A DNA stretch of 64,000 bases from Elusimicrobiota bacterium. GTDB taxonomy: Bacteria > Elusimicrobiota > Elusimicrobia > UBA1565 > UBA9628. The notes under the pieces were generated by a model. That model saw nothing but the letters and a program-made list of their open reading frames with translations. It did no database searches and had not been told where the DNA came from. The stretch spans positions 133,750 to 197,749 of the forward strand of contig DAHXMM010000005.1 in the NCBI GenBank assembly GCA_027371715.1, given 5' to 3'. Positions 37,117-44,766 of this stretch are shown here, piece after piece; positions within the stretch are counted from its first letter, which is position 1; each line of letters starts with the position of its first letter. Position numbers and translations under genes: made by a program.

Positions 37117-38358
37117 TTACAGAATGACCGCAAAAGACCCGGCCACCAGTCCTAAGACCGCGCCTAAGCCAAGCCCGACAAGCAGATAAAGCCCAAAGAC
37201 GATCCAATTTATTTTAGCATGAATTAATTTCCCCGATACGGCGGGGATCTTCTCGAAAAAATTTTTAGCGAGATCAATGACGCTGGCGATGAGCCCGCCC
37301 CCAACGGCGCCGCGAAACAGCCATTCAATCAAGGTTCGGCTGGCTTGGGAGCTGGGCGTGTCAAACGGAAGGGCGCTTGCGGCCGCGTGCGCCGAGATAA
37401 GCCCGGTTGCTGAAATTAATCCGAGAAACCCCGCTGCGATGCCGCCCGCGCCGGCGAGCATCAGGGCTGATCCTACGGCAAGGCGGAGCGTAGAAATAGG
37501 TTTTTCACCTTTTGAGGCGGCGTTCATCATGGCGCGCGGACCAATCATATTTCCAAGCATGAGAAACGCCCATGAACTTGGAAAGACCAAGGCCAGAGGT
37601 AAAAGAGAGGCATAGACCGTTCCCGCGCTGAGAGCCGCCAAGGCTCCGGTTAAGACCAGAAGTCTTTGCGCCCATTTTTTTGTTTTAGACGCTTTATGAT
37701 CAATCGGAGCGGGTAAATTGTTGGGGCGTTGGGAGTTTATTCCGGAAGGGGTTTCGCGATATTTTTCTAAGTTGAATTTGGCGCGTTTATTTCCTCCAAT
37801 AAAATTTTGCGTTTTTCCATTTCCATAGGCGATGCGGACGGGCTGAAGCTCTCCCTGGCGGTTCCCGGAATTTTCATTATCAAAAAATTTTGCCCAAACG
37901 CTTCCCACGGCGTCTGAAATTTTTTCCGAAACGGCTAAATGGATATGCCGGAGCGTTTTTGGAATCATCGTTTTTTGGGCGTGAAGGGAGAAGACTGTTT
38001 TTTGTCCGATGGGCGTTGATGTTTTTCCAGGGCTCAGAGCTTTCTCAATAGGCGCCTCCATTTGAATCTTGTGTTGGCTTTCGACCGAGAGTTCTTGGGA
38101 ATTCATCTCAGGATTGACGAGAAATTCTTCCGCGGAAGCATTACCTATTTCGTCGCTTGAGGGCATACTCGCGGTCATATCGGCTTCGGGGTTTAAGGCC
38201 GCGTTCGAGAGAGAAATTTTATCCGGTAGGCTTTCGTGAAAACTTTCTTGCCCCAGCGCGAAAACAAAATGAGAAGACAGCGTCAAGGTCAGCGCGATTA
38301 ACGCCGTGTTTGGAATTCCTATAAGCGTTTTTTTCATTGAGAAACCCCCATGCTTCAT
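37117..38358 (-). CDS. hypothetical membrane protein (signal or anchor, low-complexity region, C-terminal multi-TM block)
   Basis: N-terminal hydrophobic segment (alternative ATG at 38337 gives MKKTLIGIPNTALIALTLTL). Residues ~230-413 contain several Gly/Ala-rich hydrophobic helices. Confidence 0.5.
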   Translation of the reverse strand: MKHGGFSMKKTLIGIPNTALIALTLTLSSHFVFALGQESFHESLPDKISLSNAALNPEADMTASMPSSDEIGNASAEEFLVNPEMNSQELSVESQHKIQMEAPIEKALSPGKTSTPIGQKTVFSLHAQKTMIPKTLRHIHLAVSEKISDAVGSVWAKFFDNENSGNRQGELQPVRIAYGNGKTQNFIGGNKRAKFNLEKYRETPSGINSQRPNNLPAPIDHKASKTKKWAQRLLVLTGALAALSAGTVYASLLPLALVFPSSWAFLMLGNMIGPRAMMNAASKGEKPISTLRLAVGSALMLAGAGGIAAGFLGLISATGLISAHAAASALPFDTPSSQASRTLIEWLFRGAVGGGLIASVIDLAKNFFEKIPAVSGKLIHAKINWIVFGLYLLVGLGLGAVLGLVAGSFAVIL

Positions 38359-38527
38359 AGGTTTATTGTATCAGCGGGGTAACATCCGCGCCTGGGCCCA
38401 AAGGCCTAGGAGTTATAAGGCTAAAGGGCCTAGTGTTGTGTCCGCTAAACAACACTGGTTGAAGCAGAGGATTTTGTATTATCCTTGAACATGGGCGTGC
38501 AACTCAGAGGAGAGAAACCATAAAACC

Positions 38528-40393
38528 ATGGCTAGATTTCGCTGGACTGCCATCATAATTCTAGTCTCTACGATGGTATTACTTTTATCTTGGTGGCCGC
38601 TCTTTCTCCAAAATCAGACGCCAGTGACAGGTAACTTAATCACCTTATTTTACCCAAATTGGAGCATTGCGCGTTCTGTCTGGGCAGTCCCGCATATCCC
38701 ATTATGGGATGCCGCTCGAAATCTGGGCGAACCGTATTTGGCCGACCCCCAAACCATGGCTCTTTATCCGCCGTTGTGTTTTGCCGCGTTCCTTCCGAAT
38801 TTCATCGATTTTATGCGAGTTTGGGTGACTTTTCATACCTTGCTTGCGGCCTTTTTCTTGGGAGCATTAGCCTATCGGAAATGGGCTGATTTAGCCGCCG
38901 CGGCGGCCGCAGCGGCCATCGCGGGGCTCAACGGTTTTTTTACGTCCAGAATCTGCCTGCTGGACCACTTTGCTTCCGCCGCATGGCTCCCTGCCGTTCT
39001 CTACTTCGAGGCCGAGGGATCGTCTTTGGGCATGGGCATCTGCCTTTCTCTTTGTTGGCTCTCCGGATTTCCGCCGTTTTTTCTCGTCATCCTCGCCATG
39101 GTCGGAGGCGTCGCCTTCGCCCGTGGGCGAATCCATTTTCTTAGATTTTTGCAAGGACTGGTTTGGGCTTTGGGATTTTCGGCCATGCAATGGGTTCCAT
39201 TTCTTGAGCTCTTCATCCATTCAATCCGGCCTGTTATTCTCAATTCGGCGAGCGCGACGCAATATTCCATTTCGCCTCTTCTTCTGCTCAAGGAGATATT
39301 GATTCCCCAGTGGTACGCCTTTCGCCCAAGCATGAATGGCGACCCTGCCGTGATCACGTTTTATGTGGGCCCCATCGCGTTGGCCCTGGCGGTCTGGGGT
39401 TGGTGGTGCGGCGATAAGGAGGAGAAAACGCTGGCCCTTATTTGTGTTGCGGCCTTTATTCTCAGTCTGGGCGGATATCTGCCCGGATACGCCGCCATTC
39501 CTATTTTTCGCGTCTTTAGATTTCCGGCGAACTGGCTTTTGGCCTCTTCTTCCGCGTTGGGGCTCTTATGCGCCGCAGGAATTTCCCATCTGCGAAAGAA
39601 ATGGCGCTGGCTGGCGGTCATTCTTATAGTTGTCGATCTTGTCCTCTTTGCTCAATTTCCGCGGCAAGCTTGGGCGCGCCCCGCATTTCTCACGGATATC
39701 CCGGCTTTAGCGGAGAATCTTAAGCGTTTGCCGCAACCTGCTCGCATCTTTTACGCGCGGCCTCTTTACCATCTTTGGCAGTCCGGCTCCCTAGCGAAAG
39801 AAGAGGATTATCTTTTGATGCGCGATTTTTTGGCGCCTTCTTTTGGAATTGCGTTCGGCATTCAAGAGTTCCGCAGTTACCAGGTCTTGAGAACTCAACT
39901 CGCTGAAAAATATCTTCAACGCCTGGACGCGGAAGGGCCCCACTCGCGCTTACTGGATTATGCCGGCGCTTCAGTCATATTGACGTTGTCCGGAAACGTA
40001 CGGAAATTAACGCAAGGAGACATAAAAGTTATTTTAAGACCGCAGACGCGGGTTTTGCCGCGCCTTTTTATTGCGCCAGGCGGGAAGGGAAATATCAAGA
40101 TCACGGCCTACCGATTTGGCCATATTGACGCGCTTGCGCGTTTGCCAAGCCAAGCGACGGTTGTTTTCTCAGAAATTGATTACCCGGGGTGGAATGCGCT
40201 TCTCGATGGGCATAAAGTTCCCCATCAGCGTTTTGAGGGCGCGTTCCCTGCCATTGTGGTTCCTTTCGGAAAACACGAGATATCCTTTGACTTTTCGCCT
40301 AAATCCTTTTGGATTGGCTTGATGATCACCCTCTCAACTTTTTTCGGTTTGGCGCTATGGGCGCTTTTCGCCAGGAGGTGGATAAAAGTATAA
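38528..40393 (+). CDS. polytopic membrane protein, YfhO-like
   Basis: At least 10 hydrophobic segments. The C-terminal YPGWNALLDGHKVPHQRFEGAFPAIVVPFGKHEISFDF plus a final TM helix matches the pattern I associate with the YfhO family. Confidence 0.5.
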   Translation: MARFRWTAIIILVSTMVLLLSWWPLFLQNQTPVTGNLITLFYPNWSIARSVWAVPHIPLWDAARNLGEPYLADPQTMALYPPLCFAAFLPNFIDFMRVWVTFHTLLAAFFLGALAYRKWADLAAAAAAAAIAGLNGFFTSRICLLDHFASAAWLPAVLYFEAEGSSLGMGICLSLCWLSGFPPFFLVILAMVGGVAFARGRIHFLRFLQGLVWALGFSAMQWVPFLELFIHSIRPVILNSASATQYSISPLLLLKEILIPQWYAFRPSMNGDPAVITFYVGPIALALAVWGWWCGDKEEKTLALICVAAFILSLGGYLPGYAAIPIFRVFRFPANWLLASSSALGLLCAAGISHLRKKWRWLAVILIVVDLVLFAQFPRQAWARPAFLTDIPALAENLKRLPQPARIFYARPLYHLWQSGSLAKEEDYLLMRDFLAPSFGIAFGIQEFRSYQVLRTQLAEKYLQRLDAEGPHSRLLDYAGASVILTLSGNVRKLTQGDIKVILRPQTRVLPRLFIAPGGKGNIKITAYRFGHIDALARLPSQATVVFSEIDYPGWNALLDGHKVPHQRFEGAFPAIVVPFGKHEISFDFSPKSFWIGLMITLSTFFGLALWALFARRWIKV

Positions 40394-40406
40394 TTCTAAA
40401 AACAAT

Positions 40407-40444
40407 GGGCGTGTAGCTCAGCTGGGAGAGCGCCTCGTTCGCAA
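40407..40444 (+). repeat. attL: orphan 5' half of tRNA-Ala (positions 1-38, ending in the anticodon loop)
   Basis: GGGCGTGTAGCTCAGCTGGGAGAGCGCCTCGTTCGCAA is identical to 55174-55211. The sequence diverges completely after 40444. TATAAT at 40389-40394 lies 12 nt upstream. Confidence 0.9.
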
Positions 40445-40445
40445 T

Positions 40446-40493
40446 GGGAAAAGCCCGATTCCCCGGTTTTTTGTCCGGCCTTGACTGATTCGG
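40446..40493 (+). repeat. left copy of a ~48-nt imperfect direct repeat (21-nt perfect core 40464-40484)
   Basis: GGGAAAAGCCCGATTCCCCGGTTTTTTGTCCGGCCTTGACTGATTCGG versus 41309-41357. The shared core is CGGTTTTTTGTCCGGCCTTGA. Confidence 0.85.
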
Positions 40494-40675
40494 TTTCTCG
40501 ACGAGAAATCACTAAAATTCATTTTTTGGGCTTTGCTGGATTTTTCCCGTTTTTGACCCCGGATGGACACTATTTGGACACCAAACTTTTGGCGTCTTTG
40601 TCCGCCAAGCCAAGGCGATAAAGTGGTAAAATAATTTTGGGTTAAAAGAGGGGACGTTCGGAAAGTGGAAATGGT

Positions 40676-40978
40676 ATGAATGCGAAAAGCGGCGAACAAA
40701 TACTTGACGTCATCGGCAAAAATAAGAAAACTCTCGAACGGTTGGGGGTGAAGCGCCTTGGGCTTTTCGGCTCGTTCGCCGCGGGCCGAGGCGGCCCGGA
40801 TAGCGATCTTGATTTTCTAGTCGAGTTCGAGCGCAAATCCTTCGATTCCTATATGGATCTTAAGTTTTTTCTCGAGGAAACATTCGAGCGGCCGGTCGAT
40901 CTAGTTTGTCCCGAGGCCATAAAGCCGCGGCTGAAACGCGATATTCTAAACGCGACTCTTTATGTCCAGGGATTATAG
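40676..40978 (+). CDS. MNT-type nucleotidyltransferase (antitoxin of an MNT/HepT pair)
   Basis: GLFGSFAAGRGGPDSDLDFLVEF is the GS...DxD minimal nucleotidyltransferase motif. 100 aa. Overlaps the next gene by 17 nt. Confidence 0.85.
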   Translation: MNAKSGEQILDVIGKNKKTLERLGVKRLGLFGSFAAGRGGPDSDLDFLVEFERKSFDSYMDLKFFLEETFERPVDLVCPEAIKPRLKRDILNATLYVQGL

Positions 40979-41303
40979 AGTCTACCTGGAGGATATGCTG
41001 GAGGCGACCCGTAAGATATCGGCCTATATTAACGGGAATTCCGAGAAATGGCACGAAGATGAAAAAACCAAGGACGCCGTTTTGCGGAACCTCGAGTTGA
41101 TAGGAGAAGCGGCGAAAAATATTCCCGAATCCATACGCGGTAAGAACCCGCGAATAGATTGGAGAAAGCTGGCCGGGCTTCGAGATATTCTCATCCATCA
41201 ATATTTCGGCATTGATGACGAAATCATATTGGATATCGTCCGAAACAAAATTCCAACCTTAACGGTTCATCTGCGCGAGGCGTTGAAAAACATCTCTCCT
41301 TAG
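40962..41303 (+). CDS. HepT-like (DUF86) HEPN-domain RNase toxin
   Basis: HEPN Rx4H motif in GLRDILIHQY. 113 aa. Paired with the upstream MNT gene. Confidence 0.85.
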   Translation: MSRDYRVYLEDMLEATRKISAYINGNSEKWHEDEKTKDAVLRNLELIGEAAKNIPESIRGKNPRIDWRKLAGLRDILIHQYFGIDDEIILDIVRNKIPTLTVHLREALKNISP

Positions 41304-41308
41304 CCTCT

Positions 41309-41357
41309 TGGAAAAACCCGGTTTCGCGGTTTTTTGTCCGGCCTTGATTGCTTTCGG
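41309..41357 (+). repeat. right copy of the ~48-nt imperfect direct repeat (core 41327-41347)
   Basis: TGGAAAAACCCGGTTTCGCGGTTTTTTGTCCGGCCTTGATTGCTTTCGG begins 6 nt after the HepT stop. Confidence 0.85.
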
Positions 41358-41403
41358 AAAAAAAGACAATGTTGTTGTAAAATAATCCATCTTAGGCATA
41401 GTT

Positions 41404-42195
41404 ATGAGCGAATGGAACTTGGCAATTTGTGAAACAAACCAAATTAACATACACTACGTAAGGACCGGAGGAAACAAACCTCCTTTAATTTTGCTGCATG
41501 GGTTAACCGCGAACGGGGCCTGTTGGACTTCCGTGGCGCAGTCTCTGGAAGGAGAATATGATGTAATTATGCCTGACGCTCGAGGTCATGGAAAGTCGAG
41601 CGCACCTATCGACGGATACCGATACGAAGACCATGTAAACGACATAGAGGGTCTTATTCACTCTCTCAGGTTATCTCATCCGATTGTGATCGGCCATTCC
41701 ATGGGAGGCATGACTGCGGCTTTTCTGGCTTCTCGTAAGAGCAGGCTTCTTCGGGGTCTAGGCTTAGTTGACCCCACTTTTTTGAATCCACAAGTTCAGC
41801 GCGAGGTTTATGAAAGCGATGCGGCCGAACAGCATCGACGACTTCTTAGCGAGTCTCCGGAAGAAACTCTAGCGGAAGCGCGGACTAAACATCCACAGCG
41901 CTCATTAGAAACCCTAAAATTAATCGCCGAAGCACGGCATCAAACGAGCATAAGCGCCTTTCAAGTTCTTATGCCGCCAAACCCAGAGTATAAGCAATTA
42001 GTGAGCGCCATTGACGTTCCCAGCCTGCTCGTGATTGCTGAGAAGGGAGTGGTTTCGCAGGCGGTAGCTGAAGAGCTGCGCGGCCTTAGTCCGAGACTTT
42101 ACGTAGAAAAAATCATGGGAGCCGGCCACGGTGTCCATTATGATCAACCCGAGCAATTCGCAGACGTCATTCAGTCCTTCTTGCGTGCGATTTAA
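41404..42195 (+). CDS. alpha/beta-fold hydrolase
   Basis: LLHGLTANGACW, the nucleophile elbow GHSMGG, and a C-terminal GAGHGVHYDQPEQF. Confidence 0.8.
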   Translation: MSEWNLAICETNQINIHYVRTGGNKPPLILLHGLTANGACWTSVAQSLEGEYDVIMPDARGHGKSSAPIDGYRYEDHVNDIEGLIHSLRLSHPIVIGHSMGGMTAAFLASRKSRLLRGLGLVDPTFLNPQVQREVYESDAAEQHRRLLSESPEETLAEARTKHPQRSLETLKLIAEARHQTSISAFQVLMPPNPEYKQLVSAIDVPSLLVIAEKGVVSQAVAEELRGLSPRLYVEKIMGAGHGVHYDQPEQFADVIQSFLRAI

Positions 42196-42695
42196 CTCTT
42201 CGCGGCCGAGGAGCTGATCTCGCTTCTTTCCCGTCCTTTTAACTCCGATGCCGAAGCGGCGCTTAAGAAGGGCCGCGCTTCGGGCTCATAGGCCGTGAAA
42301 TGCTCTCGGGTATTGATCTCGATCTTAAGACGCATGGGCGCGATCGGAGATATCTCCGACTCCATTCTGTAGCGCAGCGTGACATTGTCGGAGTTGTTCT
42401 CGCGTCGAGGCTTCCCCAAGACAGGGTCGAGTCGGGCGCGGATGGCGCTCATGACCGGCCCGATTGACTCGGACTTTATCTGAACGAGGTCAATGTCCTC
42501 CGAGTAGCGATGCGGCGTTTTAACCAAAAGCTTGTGCAGCGCGGTGCCGCCGCGCAGAAGAAGGGACTTAGACAACAGCGGATCCTGAAATATTTCGGTC
42601 AGCGCGCGAGAGAGAATCAGGTCCTGCTCGACTTGGGCGTCCTGCGGCCAAGGCGCAATGCCGCGCCAATGCGTGATCGCGGCCTCGGGAATCAT
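42192..42695 (-). CDS. AbiEii/DUF1814-type nucleotidyltransferase toxin, apparently C-terminally short
   Basis: LLLRGGTALHKLL...RYSEDIDLV motif. ATG 42693-42695 overlaps the AbiEi stop (ATGA). Only ~167 aa, and the last ~30 aa are Ser/Ala-rich and not family-like. The 3' end overlaps the convergent hydrolase gene by 4 nt. Confidence 0.6.
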   Translation of the reverse strand: MIPEAAITHWRGIAPWPQDAQVEQDLILSRALTEIFQDPLLSKSLLLRGGTALHKLLVKTPHRYSEDIDLVQIKSESIGPVMSAIRARLDPVLGKPRRENNSDNVTLRYRMESEISPIAPMRLKIEINTREHFTAYEPEARPFLSAASASELKGRERSEISSSAAKS

Positions 42696-43486
42696 GCCTC
42701 GGGCTCGGGGTTTGCGTTGATCCAGAGCCGCCACTTCCGGCTCTCCAAGTCGGGGAAGGGGGCGGCGGGGTCAAGCGGACGCAACGGCGCGTCCTTGACC
42801 CAATCGGCGAGTTCCTTGGACAGGTCGCGGCGTCCGATTTTATCCAGAAGATAGCCGAGCCGCTGCGCCACGATCATTTCGCCGTGCGCTTTGACGAGTT
42901 TCTTAAGTTTCGCGGCGTCGATTTTTTCCGCCAGCTCGGACAGGATGGTCACGACGTGATCAAGCCCTCCCGCGACCTTGAAGTAGCGCACGAGGTCCCA
43001 GGCTGTTGTCTCGGGAGTCGAGACCCGCATGAAGCCTGTCGGAGTTTTCACATCCTGGGTCTGCGCGCGCTCGAAAGGCCCCTTGCCGTGAAAGCGGATC
43101 GAGACGTTGCCTGAACGCACCGGCCGCGCCGCGCGCTCCGGGATTATGACCTGGAACTCCTGGGGGCGGTGGTGCGCCGCGCCGTGAACCTGCGCCGCCG
43201 ACAACAACCCGACATAGTAAGGACGGCCCATGTCCTTCATCATCTCGTGGATGAACCATTCGGCCGGCAGGGTGCCGACGGCCCGATGCTGCGCATCGAC
43301 CACGACGTAGAAACCCGAACGCGGCATGGCCAGACCTCGGGCGTTCACCAGACGATGCAGGGACATATAAGTTGCATTGCGGGAGCGGCCGAGCTTGCGG
43401 GCCGCCTCTTCGCGGGTGAAGGTGTAGCGGCCCTGGCCAAGCAGCTCCTCGACAAAGCGTCCGGCCTTCAGAAAAGGGTTTTTCAT
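42692..43486 (-). CDS. AbiEi-family (type IV TA) antitoxin / transcriptional regulator
   Basis: N-terminal wHTH pattern GRYTFTREEAARKLGRSRNATYMSLHRLVNARGLAMPRSGFYVVV and a COG5340-like C-terminal domain. Translationally coupled to the AbiEii gene. Confidence 0.7.
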   Translation of the reverse strand: MKNPFLKAGRFVEELLGQGRYTFTREEAARKLGRSRNATYMSLHRLVNARGLAMPRSGFYVVVDAQHRAVGTLPAEWFIHEMMKDMGRPYYVGLLSAAQVHGAAHHRPQEFQVIIPERAARPVRSGNVSIRFHGKGPFERAQTQDVKTPTGFMRVSTPETTAWDLVRYFKVAGGLDHVVTILSELAEKIDAAKLKKLVKAHGEMIVAQRLGYLLDKIGRRDLSKELADWVKDAPLRPLDPAAPFPDLESRKWRLWINANPEPEA

Positions 43487-43657
43487 TCCGGTATCAAATT
43501 ATAACGGATTTCGTAATATTCCGCAACCGATTTATAGAATGACTTTGATCCATTCCAAACAGGGATGAACCCATTTAGTTTTTTCAACGAAAACGACTGC
43601 GGGAGAACAACCTTAAATCAAGTCCAGAGTGGTCGGACAAACCGGGAGCGCCTCAGC

Positions 43658-44608
43658 TTACTTGTATTTGGCGCTTTCTTTCAGCCAGGCGATCAGCTCT
43701 TGCCCCATTATCTTTCGACGATGGACTTCGTCATGGTCTACATTGCATAAGGTGACAAGGTTTTCGGGCTCGTGTCCTCCGCCCAAATGATGATAAACGA
43801 CATGGTGGACTTCCAGGAATTGCCGCTTGCCCGCCGGATTGCGGTCCGACTGAGACCATCCGCAGCGGCGACACTTGTAGGCGTCCCGATCCAAGACTTG
43901 ATCGTAAACAAGATCGGGAATGCTGCGGTCGTGCTCGGGAAGCTGTTGTTCGGATTCGAGCACATAGACGCCGGCGGGCAGATCAGGGCGGCCAGTCTGC
44001 TTCGTGACGATTCTCCATCCTAATTCCCGCCGCAATTCCCGAATGCGCCGTGCCGTCTCGCGGATGCCGGATACGTAGGCAAGTTGTTCTCCCGTAATGG
44101 GACTCCCCACGTATGCCTTAAGAAGCGCAAGTGCCCTATTCCGGGCGTTGCCGCCCTGTCGTTTGATCCGGTTTACCGTTCCCCACTTCTTGGCGGCCTC
44201 TTTGTCGGGCACGGTGCTCTCAAGCACGTATTGATCAGGTCTCAAGTCTTCGCGCGAATAGCCGGTCGATACGTTGTATCCGAATTGAACCCTCAGTTCG
44301 CGGATTCTCCGAGCGAACTCCTGAATGCCGCCGACGATTTGCAATTCGGCGCCATCTATGATTTCGCCCGAGAACAACTTGAGGTAGGCAAGGATTCTGT
44401 CGCGGGCAGCGGATGTCGTGGTCAACCGTCCAAGCCGCATTTTCGCCAGAGCGCGCAAATCTGTCATTATTTTCGCAAGCTTTCGCACTTCGGCCCGGAT
44501 TTCAGCGCGGCGGGTCGGAGGACTGGACGGAATGTCGGATAATAAGTCCCTCAATTTCGTTATCGCGAGGTCATTACCGCTTTTGGATCGATTTTTCAAT
44601 TTCGCCAT
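43658..44608 (-). CDS. HNH endonuclease with two tandem wHTH-like repeats; candidate restriction endonuclease
   Basis: C-terminal CRRCGWS...FLEVHHVVYHHLGGGHEPENLVTLCNVDHDEVH (HNH/His-Me finger with CxxC). Preferred start is ATG 44606-44608 (MAKLKNRSK). The track ORF begins at GTG 44710. Confidence 0.7.
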   Translation of the reverse strand: MAKLKNRSKSGNDLAITKLRDLLSDIPSSPPTRRAEIRAEVRKLAKIMTDLRALAKMRLGRLTTTSAARDRILAYLKLFSGEIIDGAELQIVGGIQEFARRIRELRVQFGYNVSTGYSREDLRPDQYVLESTVPDKEAAKKWGTVNRIKRQGGNARNRALALLKAYVGSPITGEQLAYVSGIRETARRIRELRRELGWRIVTKQTGRPDLPAGVYVLESEQQLPEHDRSIPDLVYDQVLDRDAYKCRRCGWSQSDRNPAGKRQFLEVHHVVYHHLGGGHEPENLVTLCNVDHDEVHRRKIMGQELIAWLKESAKYK

Positions 44609-44691
44609 AAAACAAATTCTACTTCTTCTTAACCTTAAAGCAAACTCTCTTGACGGAACTTTTTCCGAGGAAAATCGTATGTATATATAGG

Positions 44692-44745
44692 GGTTGACAG
44701 TTAGTTGCACGAAGGTTGACTAAAGTAATCAACCTCTGCTAGAAT
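44692..44745 (+). promoter_or_regulatory. sigma70-like promoter with operator-like repeats for the methyltransferase gene
   Basis: TTGACT (44716-44721), N18, TAGAAT (44740-44745). GGTTGAC occurs at 44692-44698 and 44714-44720, and the inverted repeat AGGTTGA-N9-TCAACCT (44713-44719 / 44729-44735) straddles the -35. Confidence 0.5.
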
Positions 44746-44766
44746 CTTGTCTTGGGAGGGCTTCCA

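Noticed and set aside
40407-40444. A possible second functional tRNA gene.
   Set aside because: Only the first 38 nt match a tRNA. The sequence after the anticodon loop has no 3' anticodon stem, T-arm or acceptor strand, so it is an att-site stub.
40418-40836. Minus-strand ORFs 40418..40699 (93 aa) and 40642..40836 (64 aa) across the attL region and the MNT gene.
   Set aside because: They overlap the tRNA stub, the direct repeats and the well-supported MNT gene. They have no RBS and a low-complexity translation.
42568-43504. ORFs 42568..42774, 42960..43259, 42884..43114 and 43169..43504 overlapping the AbiEi/AbiEii genes.
   Set aside because: These are GC-rich shadow frames. The AbiE frames have family-typical motifs and an ATGA coupling.
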